In this document: positions 9,416 to 18,675 of the stretch, in pieces
Layout of the letters: every line of letters begins with the position of its first letter
Numbering within the stretch: position 1 is the stretch's first letter
DNA from: Tubiluchus corallicola
Lineage: Eukaryota; Animalia; Priapulida
Length of the DNA stretch: 64,000 nt
Direction of reading: 5' to 3'
NCBI GenBank assembly: GCA_030141605.1
Contig: JAQGDQ010002388.1
Span: 1-64,000 of the forward strand
Notes under the pieces: model-generated
Databases searched by the model: none
What the model was told of the DNA's origin: nothing
Seen by the model: only the letters and a program-made list of their open reading frames with translations
Program-made: the position numbers and the translations under genes

Positions 9416-10462
9416 ATGACTCAAGATACACAAGATAAAATAACCCTTTATAGATACCGTCCTTTGATATGGGATGCTCTTGAGCAGGTAGATAGAATAA
9501 TTGGTGAAATTGAAAACAAGTCTATTTATTTGTTTCCAAAAGACAAATTAAATGACCCGTTGGAAACTGTCAATAGATTCTATATAGATGATAGTTGTGA
9601 AAATGCAATAGAGTTTTTAGCAAGAGTATATAAGACTATTTTGAACCAATTATTTTTTAATTATGATCAGAGTGATGTTAACAAGCTTAAGCTTTTTTTA
9701 AAAAATCATGAAAAACATCAGAGAATCACATTAAATATTGGTCAAATTATAAGCTTTGTATTTATTCCTTACTTGGAAAGTTGTAATAATCCTTTAATTA
9801 TAAAGTGGATGAGAGATAATCCAGACACTTGGAAGTCTACATTATGCTTATTAGTTAATAAGAGTTTACGCACTTCTCCGACTCCTATTGCTTGTTTTTC
9901 TCAAGATGGAAACCATCCTTTAATGTGGTCTCATTACGCCTCAGAAGCAGGTGGTATTTGTATAGAGTATGAATTTACCATAGATATTAATAATGCTATA
10001 TTCCCTACTTATAATAACTATTTTATAGCAAAGAAGAATAATCCTGAAGAATATATAGTATTATGCAAAATACACTATGTAAGTGAGTTTAGACAAGAAA
10101 ATGTCAGTCATTTTTTTAATCTTAAAGATCATACTTCTAGAAAGGGCAATGATAAAACCTACCAAACGATCATGTTACACAATCAGAAATTACTGGAATG
10201 GAGCTATGAAAAAGAATATAGAATAGTAGGTAATCTTTCAAATGGGCATGAAATAAAGCTTTGTGATTATGTTACTGATATTGAGATAAAGAAAGTTATA
10301 GCTGGCCCAAAGATTCGTGAATCTTATTTTAATAGAGCTACGAAAAATAACAAGTATTCTCAAGATAGATTTGAAAAGCTCCACAAGCTTACAACTCATA
10401 TAGTTTCTCTAGATTCTTCAAATCAATATTTTATAGAAGAAAATTACCGAAATTCTAGTTAA
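9416..10462 (+). CDS. DUF2971-domain protein
   Basis: LYRYR, NDPLE, CFS..PLMWSHYA..GICIEY, K..EWSYEKEYR; very AT-rich. Confidence 0.82.
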   Translation: MTQDTQDKITLYRYRPLIWDALEQVDRIIGEIENKSIYLFPKDKLNDPLETVNRFYIDDSCENAIEFLARVYKTILNQLFFNYDQSDVNKLKLFLKNHEKHQRITLNIGQIISFVFIPYLESCNNPLIIKWMRDNPDTWKSTLCLLVNKSLRTSPTPIACFSQDGNHPLMWSHYASEAGGICIEYEFTIDINNAIFPTYNNYFIAKKNNPEEYIVLCKIHYVSEFRQENVSHFFNLKDHTSRKGNDKTYQTIMLHNQKLLEWSYEKEYRIVGNLSNGHEIKLCDYVTDIEIKKVIAGPKIRESYFNRATKNNKYSQDRFEKLHKLTTHIVSLDSSNQYFIEENYRNSS

Positions 10463-10565
10463 TTCCGTTGTTACTTATTTTTCTTATCCTTTAAGTGTTA
10501 ACATGAAACGAGCTCTATGCCGCTATGCTCTTTCATTCACACAGTTTGGCAGGTGGGCATATTCC

Positions 10566-11891
10566 TTAAGAAGATGTATTTTGCTGATCTGTATAGCCGA
10601 AATATGTTTTGAATCGCTCTTTAGAAGATTGATCAAGCTGAACGGTTATTTGCATAATTTCCTCTTCTTGTTCACTGGAGAGAACATTTCCATGCTCATA
10701 GAGCCATGCGATAGCGGCTCCGTCCTGTGCGGGAATATGAAAGGTGAATTCCTCTGTGTAGGAGGCCAAAAATTCATCCAGTCCTTGAAGTAAACGCTTG
10801 CACCCTTCCCCATTTTTAGCTGAGATTAAAAATGCTTTTTTAGCCTCTTGCTGAGATTTGGTTTGATTATCAAGATAGGCGTTTTGCTCGGCAGAAAGGC
10901 AATCGATTTTATTATAGGCATTGATAAGTTCTTCCTGATCGATTTTATCTTCCAGCCCCATTTCCGCTAACACTTGCAGTACATCTTCCCTTTGTTTCTC
11001 ATGATCTGAGGCGGAAGTGTCTCCGACATGAATAATGAGATCCGCTTCACAGACTTCTTCGAGCGTTGCGCGAAAGGCAGCGATCAGCTCGTGAGGAAGA
11101 TCAGAGATAAATCCGACTGTATCAGAAAGGATAACCCGCCGTCCAGAAGGAAGGGTAAGCTGCCGCATTGTTGGATCGAGTGTCGCGAATAGCAGGCTTT
11201 TCGCGAACACAGTTGATTCTGTCAGATAATTAAACAATGTTGATTTCCCGGCATTTGTATAGCCGACCAGAGCTATGACGGGAAAGGGAACTTTTTTTCT
11301 GGATTTTCGATGAAGCTCCCGTGTTCGCCGCACTTTTTCGAGATCGCGCTCAAGGCGGACAATTTTTTCATCGATGAGTCTCCGATCGATTTCAATTTGC
11401 CGCTCGCCTGGTCCTCCCATAAATCCCGCGCCGCCTCTCTGGCGCTCCAAATGTGTCCAGGATCGCACAAGGCGGCTTCGCTGATATCGTAAAGCCGCCA
11501 GATCGACTTGCAAGCGCCCTTCTCGTGTTCTTGCGCGCTTGCCGAAAATCTCGATAATTAAATGCGTTCTATCAATAACTTTACAGTTGCACGCGCGTTC
11601 GAGATTTCGCTGCTGAACGGGCGTAAGCACGCTATTGACAATCAGTAAATCGATCTCATTTTCTTCAATAGTCTGCGCGACCCGCTCAACAACGCCTGTA
11701 CCGAATAATGAACCTGGGTGAAATTTCGATAAAAAAACGATTTCTGCCTGAGATTTCTCAAGCCCGACAGCGCTTGCAAGCCCTTCTGCTTCCTGCAGGC
11801 TGAGCTCTGACGAGCGAGAGTGTTTTTTCTCTTGATATTTATGCCCTGTTTTTAAAACAGGATGTAAAATAAAACAGCGCTCTTTTCCCAC
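10566..11891 (-). CDS. hflX: GTPase HflX
   Basis: GYTNAGKST, LFATLDPT, DTVGF, NKID; directly downstream of hfq. Confidence 0.97.
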   Translation of the reverse strand: MGKERCFILHPVLKTGHKYQEKKHSRSSELSLQEAEGLASAVGLEKSQAEIVFLSKFHPGSLFGTGVVERVAQTIEENEIDLLIVNSVLTPVQQRNLERACNCKVIDRTHLIIEIFGKRARTREGRLQVDLAALRYQRSRLVRSWTHLERQRGGAGFMGGPGERQIEIDRRLIDEKIVRLERDLEKVRRTRELHRKSRKKVPFPVIALVGYTNAGKSTLFNYLTESTVFAKSLLFATLDPTMRQLTLPSGRRVILSDTVGFISDLPHELIAAFRATLEEVCEADLIIHVGDTSASDHEKQREDVLQVLAEMGLEDKIDQEELINAYNKIDCLSAEQNAYLDNQTKSQQEAKKAFLISAKNGEGCKRLLQGLDEFLASYTEEFTFHIPAQDGAAIAWLYEHGNVLSSEQEEEIMQITVQLDQSSKERFKTYFGYTDQQNTSS

Positions 11892-11901
11892 TTAAGGCAA
11901 C

Positions 11902-12231
11902 TTAATTTTCTTCATCCTTGGAATCTTCTTGAACACTTTCTTTAGAATATTCCGAGGATGTTTCCTTTGCATCACTGTTTACGGAAGCCGCTTGCTGAGA
12001 AGGAGGGGAAAAAAGTTGAATATGCGCTGATGGCATAATAGTGGAAATCGCATGTTTATAAATAAGCTGGATATGGCTATCGCGGCGCAAAAGGATAGAA
12101 AAATTATCAAACCAAGTTATAATCCCTTGCAGCTTTACGCCATTCATTAAAAAAACAGTAACCGATACCTTATTTTTTCTAATATGATTTAAAAAGATAT
12201 CTTGAACATTTTGAACTTTTTCTGCCGACAT
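11902..12231 (-). CDS. hfq: RNA chaperone Hfq with acidic C-terminal tail
   Basis: [31 protein letters not shown]. Confidence 0.98.
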   Translation of the reverse strand: MSAEKVQNVQDIFLNHIRKNKVSVTVFLMNGVKLQGIITWFDNFSILLRRDSHIQLIYKHAISTIMPSAHIQLFSPPSQQAASVNSDAKETSSEYSKESVQEDSKDEEN

Positions 12232-12351
12232 ATTATTTTCTTTCTTTATTTAATTGTCTATTTTATTTTTTATTATTAATACATTATCAGTATTAGTATC
12301 TTCTAATCAGAGTAATAGAAATGAACCTCAATTTGCAATAAAAACTTTACA

Positions 12352-13221
12352 TTATTTTTGTATTTCTTCAATAAGACCATAGCGTTGAGCGTAAAGTTCT
12401 ATTAAACGTCGTGCTACAGGCCCGATTTTTCCATCGCCTATTTTTCGCTCGTCAATTTGCACGATGGATTTAAGAAGAAGTGTTGAGGAGGTATTGAAAG
12501 CTTCTTTTGCAGAAAGAGCTTCCTGAAGGGAAAAGGGTCTTTCTTCAAAAAGAAGATTATTTTCCTTACAGAGTGTCAAGATGCTTTTTTTAGTAATTCC
12601 GTTTAGAATTTTCTGGTCTGCAAATCGTGTCAGGATTTTTCCTTCTTGAGAAACGATCCACGCGTTAGAGGAGCATCCTTCAACGACATATCCTTTTTCA
12701 TCAATTTGCCATGCTTCAATGGCGCCTTTTTTAGCGGCCTGTTGTTTTGCGAGTACATTAGGCAGAAGAGAAATTGATTTTATATCCCGTCGTTGCCATC
12801 GTAAATCCGGCACTGTTATAACTTTATGGCCTTTTAGGGCGTTTTCCATTGAAAAGGGTGGCAGTGGACGACTTGTCATAACGAGTGTCGAGTGCATATT
12901 TTTTAAGAACGCATGGTTACGGGGTGCGACTCCTCGTGTGACCTGTAGATAAATCATTGCGTTTTTTCCATTTCGATTTTTTCGCAAGAGATTTTCTACG
13001 ATGATCGAGATAGCATTTCTGGAAACTGGCCATGGTATATTGAGTTCTCCGAGGGAATAATCCAGTCGATCAAGGTGCCATGAGAGTTCTATTGTTTTAT
13101 GGTTAAAAACGGAAATGACCTCATAAACGCCGTCAGAAAATTGATACCCTCTATCTTCTATATGAACACAGGCTTGTTGCATTGGGCAATATTGCCCGTT
13201 AACGTAGGCTATTTTTGACAT
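12352..13221 (-). CDS. dat: D-amino acid aminotransferase (class IV PLP)
   Basis: EDRGYQFSDGVYEV, IYLQVTRG, DIKS, EGCSSN, ILNGIT. Confidence 0.88.
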   Translation of the reverse strand: MSKIAYVNGQYCPMQQACVHIEDRGYQFSDGVYEVISVFNHKTIELSWHLDRLDYSLGELNIPWPVSRNAISIIVENLLRKNRNGKNAMIYLQVTRGVAPRNHAFLKNMHSTLVMTSRPLPPFSMENALKGHKVITVPDLRWQRRDIKSISLLPNVLAKQQAAKKGAIEAWQIDEKGYVVEGCSSNAWIVSQEGKILTRFADQKILNGITKKSILTLCKENNLLFEERPFSLQEALSAKEAFNTSSTLLLKSIVQIDERKIGDGKIGPVARRLIELYAQRYGLIEEIQK

Positions 13222-13234
13222 TTTACCCTCTATT

Positions 13235-14614
13235 TCAGTACCATTTAGAGTTTGCAGAAAACTGTTTGCCCACCTCTCTTACTTTTTGGTGAGGCGCGAA
13301 AAGAATTAATTTATCCCCGACAGTTAATATAATATCTTTTTTAGGATGGAGCATTTCCTCCCCACGGACAACGATAGCCAGAGAAGTATCGCCAGGAAGT
13401 TTCATATCTTTGATAGCGACGGCGACCATAGGCGAGTTTTCGCAAATTTCCACTTCAATGACTTCTCCGGCTCTGTCTCCTATAATATGGACAGAGAGAA
13501 TACGCCCTCGTCGAATATGTCGTAATATACTGGAGAATGTGATACTTCTGGGCACGATAACAGTATCGATTCCCAATGACGATACGAGTTGCCTATAGCC
13601 GCTGTTATTGATGAGAGCGATTGCTTTTTTTGCGCCATATCGTTTTGCAAGGAGTGCTGCAAGGATATTATTTGTATCGCTGCTGGAGACGGCGACCACT
13701 GTTTCAATATCAGCGATATTAGCCTCCTGAAGAATTTCATTATCAAGGATGTCCCCTTGTATAACAGTGACGTCATAATCCGCGAACTCCAGAGCGAGAG
13801 CGGCTGCTTTTTCTTTATCTATTTCGATAAATTTAATTCGGTCAACGCCATAGCTAAGGGCTTCATGAGCGACGAATCGTCCGACTTCCCCACCTCCTTG
13901 TATGAGAATTCTGTGGTTTTCGATAGGTTCATGACCAAAGGCTTGCATAGCTTCGTGTAGATTTTCTGATTTAACGATAAAAAAGAGTTCATCTCCCTGG
14001 AGAAGTTGTGTATCACCGGAAGGGATAATTACATTTCCATCACGGAGGAGCACAAGGATAAACAAGTCAAGATGAGGAAAAAGCAAGGAAAGATTTTCAA
14101 GCGGTGTATTAAGCGCTACGCAATTTTCGTAGCATCGAATTCCCAGCATGCAAAGCATGCCCTGAGCAAAAGGAATAACCGAGGAAGCGCCAGGTAATCT
14201 AAGATGCTGAGAGATCACGGTTGCTGTTTCAACTTCAGGAGAAATAATCACATCAACGGGTAAATGTTCTTGGCTATAGAGGCTGGCCCACATAGGGTTT
14301 AGATAGTCACGTTTTCTGATACGGGCGATTTTCATGGGAACATGAAAGATAGAATGAGCGATCTGACAAATGATCATATTAATTTCGTCCATATATGTCA
14401 CGGCAATAATAATGTCTGCTTCTTGGATTCCGCATTCTTCAAGAACATCAGGGGAAGAGGCATGTCCCACGACGCCTCGGATATCAGCGGCACTTTCGAT
14501 TTTTCGTACGAGTGCGCTATCTTGATCGACAACGACGACATCATCGCCTTCCTGTGACAAATAAACAGCAAGATGAAGACCGACTTCTCCGGCGCCACAA
14601 ATAATAACTTTCAT
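13235..14614 (-). CDS. trkA: Trk potassium uptake NAD-binding subunit
   Basis: Two RCK domains (GAGEVG, GGGEVG), 459 aa, downstream of ntrX. Confidence 0.93.
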   Translation of the reverse strand: MKVIICGAGEVGLHLAVYLSQEGDDVVVVDQDSALVRKIESAADIRGVVGHASSPDVLEECGIQEADIIIAVTYMDEINMIICQIAHSIFHVPMKIARIRKRDYLNPMWASLYSQEHLPVDVIISPEVETATVISQHLRLPGASSVIPFAQGMLCMLGIRCYENCVALNTPLENLSLLFPHLDLFILVLLRDGNVIIPSGDTQLLQGDELFFIVKSENLHEAMQAFGHEPIENHRILIQGGGEVGRFVAHEALSYGVDRIKFIEIDKEKAAALALEFADYDVTVIQGDILDNEILQEANIADIETVVAVSSSDTNNILAALLAKRYGAKKAIALINNSGYRQLVSSLGIDTVIVPRSITFSSILRHIRRGRILSVHIIGDRAGEVIEVEICENSPMVAVAIKDMKLPGDTSLAIVVRGEEMLHPKKDIILTVGDKLILFAPHQKVREVGKQFSANSKWY

Positions 14615-14714
14615 AGTTCACCTTTTTATATTTTACAGCCTTTTGGTAGTATACGATATCTTCATTGATAGGGTTTTATAGTATTGGCAGAAATTTATCA
14701 AGCGGTATGAATAT

Positions 14715-16100
14715 TTATTTTCTATTATCGTTAGCGGTGTCAAGATTTTTTAATTTTCTATGAAGAGCAGAACGCTCCATGCCGATAAATTTAGAAACGC
14801 GTGAAATATTATGGTTAAACCGCTCTAATTGCACCATAAGGTAATTCCTTTCAAAAATTTCCCTTGCTTCTTTAAGGGGCAAAGCAAGCAAAGAAGGATC
14901 TACGCCTTCCCATGTATTTTTTGTTCCCTTGGCGTTGATCACTTCACTGGGAACCAAATCCAGATCGATTGTTGTATAATCCTGTGCTGCCATAATAATC
15001 ATTCTTTCAACAACATTTCTCAGTTCTCGAATATTTCCAGGCCAATAATAGGACTGAAGGACAACCATCGCTTTATCAGAGATTGACAATTCGGCTTGCC
15101 CTAAGCTTTGCACGCATCGTTTCATAAAATAATTGGCCAGCAAGGGAATATCTTCTCGACGTGAAGAAAGCGAAGGCACTTCTAAAGGAACGACATTCAG
15201 TCGATAGAAAAGATCTTCACGGAATTTTTTCTGGGAGACTTTTTCTCTTAAATTATGGCATGATGCGCTAATGATTCTCACGTTATATCGAGCGCGCAAG
15301 TCGCTACCAATGCGTTCAAAGGTCTCATCCTGGAGGGCGCGAAGAATTTTCCCTTGTGTTTCCATGGGCATATCAGAGATCTGATCAAGAAGAAGCGTTC
15401 CTCCGTGGGCTTTTTCAAAGAGTCCCAGTTTTCTTTTTTCTTGCCCGTGGCGATCATCTCCAAAAAGAATCATTTCGATATCAGCTGATTCCATGGTTGC
15501 ACAATTCACAATAACGAAGGGGTTTTTGGCTCGGGAAGATATATCGTGTATGAGTCGAGCGACGGCTTCTTTTCCTGTTCCTGGTGCTCCTGTAATAAGA
15601 ATCCGGCTATTGCTGTCTGCGACTTTACGAATCAATTGATTCATATGTCGGATTGCGGAGGATTCTCCAATTAATATATCGCTGACATTGGATTGACTTC
15701 GGAATTCTTCATTTTCGCGTTTTAATCTAGCCAGCTCTAGGGTGCTTTTTAAAGAGAGGATCAAGCGATTAATTTTAAAAGGTTTTTCTATAAAGTCAGC
15801 GGCTCCCAATTGAATCGCCGAAACAGCGATTTCAATATTGCCGTGCCCGCTCATAATAATGACTGGAAGAGCAGGATACTTTTTTTGTATTTCTTCTAAA
15901 AGCTCCATACCGTCGAGTTTGCTTCCGTGAAGCCATATATCCAGCAGAACAATACTAGGGCAGCGTTCCTGCAGGGCGTTTAGAGTTTCTGTGCTGTCAG
16001 ACGCTGTGCGTACTTGATATCCTTCATCCAGGAGTACTTCCGATATCAATTCACAAATACTGTCTTCATCGTCAACAATTAAGACTTCATGTAATACCAT
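14715..16100 (-). CDS. ntrX: Response regulator NtrX (REC-AAA+-HTH)
   Basis: LLDIWL receiver, GAPGTGKE, no GAFTGA, FIGMERSALHRKLK HTH; follows ntrY. Confidence 0.95.
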   Translation of the reverse strand: MVLHEVLIVDDEDSICELISEVLLDEGYQVRTASDSTETLNALQERCPSIVLLDIWLHGSKLDGMELLEEIQKKYPALPVIIMSGHGNIEIAVSAIQLGAADFIEKPFKINRLILSLKSTLELARLKRENEEFRSQSNVSDILIGESSAIRHMNQLIRKVADSNSRILITGAPGTGKEAVARLIHDISSRAKNPFVIVNCATMESADIEMILFGDDRHGQEKRKLGLFEKAHGGTLLLDQISDMPMETQGKILRALQDETFERIGSDLRARYNVRIISASCHNLREKVSQKKFREDLFYRLNVVPLEVPSLSSRREDIPLLANYFMKRCVQSLGQAELSISDKAMVVLQSYYWPGNIRELRNVVERMIIMAAQDYTTIDLDLVPSEVINAKGTKNTWEGVDPSLLALPLKEAREIFERNYLMVQLERFNHNISRVSKFIGMERSALHRKLKNLDTANDNRK

Positions 16101-16137
16101 AACGAGTCTTATCCTGTTTTTTCATATTGTTTTCATT

Positions 16138-18351
16138 TTAAATAGTTATATAAGGAAAAAGTATAGAGACAACTGTACCATTATTTCCTCTTTCTTTCAC
16201 ATAAATTTTTCCATTATGATCATCGACAATCTTTTTCACAATAGCGAGTCCTAGCCCGCTTCCTGATTTTCGTGTTGTCACGTAGGGTTCCATAAGATGC
16301 TCTCGGAATTTAAGATCTTTAGAAAGCCCTATGCCATTATCTTCAATAATGATTTCTATGTAGTGTCCCCCTTTATGGTAGCGTTTTTTCAAGGTGACTT
16401 CTATAGAGCCGATTGGTAATGTGTCTTTGTTATCTTCTTTTTTCAGACGCTCTGCGATAGCTTCGGTTGCGTTTTTCAGTATATTAATCAACATTTGTCG
16501 CATTTGTTGTGCGTCACAATTAAGCCAGACGATTTTTTCAGGATATGTATATTCCCATGTTATATTGGTATTTCTATTTTTTTCAAGGAAAAGTATTTCC
16601 TGTATGACTTCAGTGATATTTTCTTTTTTAAAGACAGGTTGAGGCATGCGCGCGAAACTAGAAAATTCATTGATCATACGGCCAATACTGGATACTTGTG
16701 TCGTGATTGTATCGATATATTTCAAATAGATTTCTTTTTCTTCATGGATCTGAGAGGCGTATCGTCTTTTTAATCGTTCAGCGGAAAGGTGTATTGGTGT
16801 CAGGGGATTTTTAATCTCGTGAGCAATTCGGCGTGCTACATCGGACCATGCGGCTTTACGTTGTGCGGAAATCAGCTCTGTAATATCATCAAATGTTATA
16901 ATAAAACTTTGAATTTCTGATTCTTTTACATTGGCTGTAATATTGATTCGTAAAGTTCTAACACCGGTTTCTCTAGAGACGTGAATTTCTTCGGAACAAA
17001 GGAACAAAGGTGTTTGCCGAGCCCGTATCATTATATCTTTAGTTTCAGGAAGGATAGAAATAATTTTTTTACGCAGGAGGCTCTCTTGAGACTGCCCTAG
17101 AAAGTCACATGCGGGTTGATTCAGGAGGATAATCTCATCTTTGTTATCTAGGCTGATAATCCCTGCCGAAACGCCACTGAGAACAGTTTCTGTAAACTGC
17201 CCTCTTTTATCCAACTCTTCATTGACTTCCATAAGATTTTTACGTTGTTTAACAAGGCGTTTCGCCATTTTGTTAAAGGCGTTTCCAAGGTTTGTAAACT
17301 CTTCCAATCCTTTATGAATAGGAATATATACCTCAAATTGCCCCTCACTGATTCGCTCAGCGGCTTTGATGAGAGAAACCACAGGCATAGCGATACTATC
17401 TGCTAGGACGATTCCGACCCATACAGCGCAGAGAAGAAGAAGAAGAGTGACAATCGTAAAAATAAGCAAAAACATTATTTGAAGCTGCTCCTGCATTTTT
17501 CCTAATTGCTGGTAGCGTCCGACAGCTGTTTCTGTTTGCCGGACATGTTTTAAGACTTCTGGATCAATAAGACGGCTGACAAGCAGGTAAGAATCCACAA
17601 AGCGGTTTAATTTAAGGAGGGCTTGTATTTTATTTGTGTCTTTTTCAGCGAGGAGAATAATTTCGCCTTGTTCTGCGCGTTGAAATTCCTCTTCTGTTAT
17701 GTTTTCCGTTAAGAGAAGAAGGCTAAGGGAGGAGCGCGCGCGTACAATTCCATGGCGATCTATGACTACGGCGTCGATCAGGCCTCTTACAGCAGTTTGG
17801 AGGGTTAGAAATTTTTCCATTTCCTCGAGTTTATGAGAAAGAAGAGCGGCTTGCCTATTTAAATCATTAGCGAGCGCAAAAATATCCCCTTCAATATTTC
17901 GTTGATGTTCATAGAGATATGCATTTGCGATTGCCTGGGAGTTATCAATTGCGGAAGATACTTGGCTGCTGAACCAGCTATGGAATCCAAAATTAAGAAA
18001 AAGAGCAGAGAAAACAGTAACTAATATGGAAGGAATGATGGCAACAAGGGCAAACAGAACCACGAGTCTGGATCGTGTTCGAAAGCCTGGGTTTTTACTT
18101 TGTGAAGCGCGTCGTACTTTAAGTATATAGCGTATGATAAGGATAGAAAATAGAAAAAGAAGAACGACATCTATATAGAGCAATGCGACAATTGAGCCTT
18201 GTTCCTGCAGCTGTGTAGAAAGGGCTGTTCGATTAAACAGGGTAATATAGAGTGTAAAAAAGATAGCGCCTAATGTTGCGAATACCAAGCCCCATGAAAA
18301 CAACCGTTCCCAAAATCTTTTTTGCCGAATTGCCACTATAAAAGAGGCCAT
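16138..18351 (-). CDS. ntrY: Sensor histidine kinase NtrY
   Basis: TM segments, HAMP, PAS, AWSDVARRIAHEIKNPLTPI, DNGIG, GSGLGL. Confidence 0.95.
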   Translation of the reverse strand: MASFIVAIRQKRFWERLFSWGLVFATLGAIFFTLYITLFNRTALSTQLQEQGSIVALLYIDVVLLFLFSILIIRYILKVRRASQSKNPGFRTRSRLVVLFALVAIIPSILVTVFSALFLNFGFHSWFSSQVSSAIDNSQAIANAYLYEHQRNIEGDIFALANDLNRQAALLSHKLEEMEKFLTLQTAVRGLIDAVVIDRHGIVRARSSLSLLLLTENITEEEFQRAEQGEIILLAEKDTNKIQALLKLNRFVDSYLLVSRLIDPEVLKHVRQTETAVGRYQQLGKMQEQLQIMFLLIFTIVTLLLLLCAVWVGIVLADSIAMPVVSLIKAAERISEGQFEVYIPIHKGLEEFTNLGNAFNKMAKRLVKQRKNLMEVNEELDKRGQFTETVLSGVSAGIISLDNKDEIILLNQPACDFLGQSQESLLRKKIISILPETKDIMIRARQTPLFLCSEEIHVSRETGVRTLRINITANVKESEIQSFIITFDDITELISAQRKAAWSDVARRIAHEIKNPLTPIHLSAERLKRRYASQIHEEKEIYLKYIDTITTQVSSIGRMINEFSSFARMPQPVFKKENITEVIQEILFLEKNRNTNITWEYTYPEKIVWLNCDAQQMRQMLINILKNATEAIAERLKKEDNKDTLPIGSIEVTLKKRYHKGGHYIEIIIEDNGIGLSKDLKFREHLMEPYVTTRKSGSGLGLAIVKKIVDDHNGKIYVKERGNNGTVVSILFPYITI

Positions 18352-18363
18352 ACATTTTATTTC

Positions 18364-18675
18364 CTATTTTTTGCGTACGAACTCTGGTATGGCGATGTCG
18401 CATTCTCCTATTTTTTTTCGGAGTGTATTTCGGTTGATACCGAGAATTTTCGCTGCGTTAAGTTGGTTACCGTCTGTATATTCCAGGACGACCTGTAGCA
18501 ATGGGCGTTCGACTTCCTGAAGAATTTTTTTATAAAAAGTTCCATGCGGCATATCTTCCCCGCATGTCTGTAGGTAGAATCGCACATGATCTTCTACCAG
18601 AGACGAAAGTCCTTTTCCATTCCCATAAAGAGGCGGTTTTTTATTTTGTTTATCATTTTTTTTATGTTTTTTCAC
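18364..18675 (-). CDS. Stand-alone Fis-like HTH protein matching the C-terminal DNA-binding domain of alphaproteobacterial NtrC
   Basis: LSSLVEDHVRFY..YKKILQEVERPLL..TDGNQLNAAKILGINRNTLRKKI; GTG start overlaps dusB TGA (GTGA), GGGAGTAGGA upstream. Confidence 0.88.
   Translation of the reverse strand: MKKHKKNDKQNKKPPLYGNGKGLSSLVEDHVRFYLQTCGEDMPHGTFYKKILQEVERPLLQVVLEYTDGNQLNAAKILGINRNTLRKKIGECDIAIPEFVRKK

Noticed and set aside
10463-10565. Possible attR or integron attC after DUF2971
   Set aside because: No tRNA 3' repeat, no convincing attC core pair and no integrase; the 10503-10536 hairpin is more simply a terminator-like stem between convergent genes
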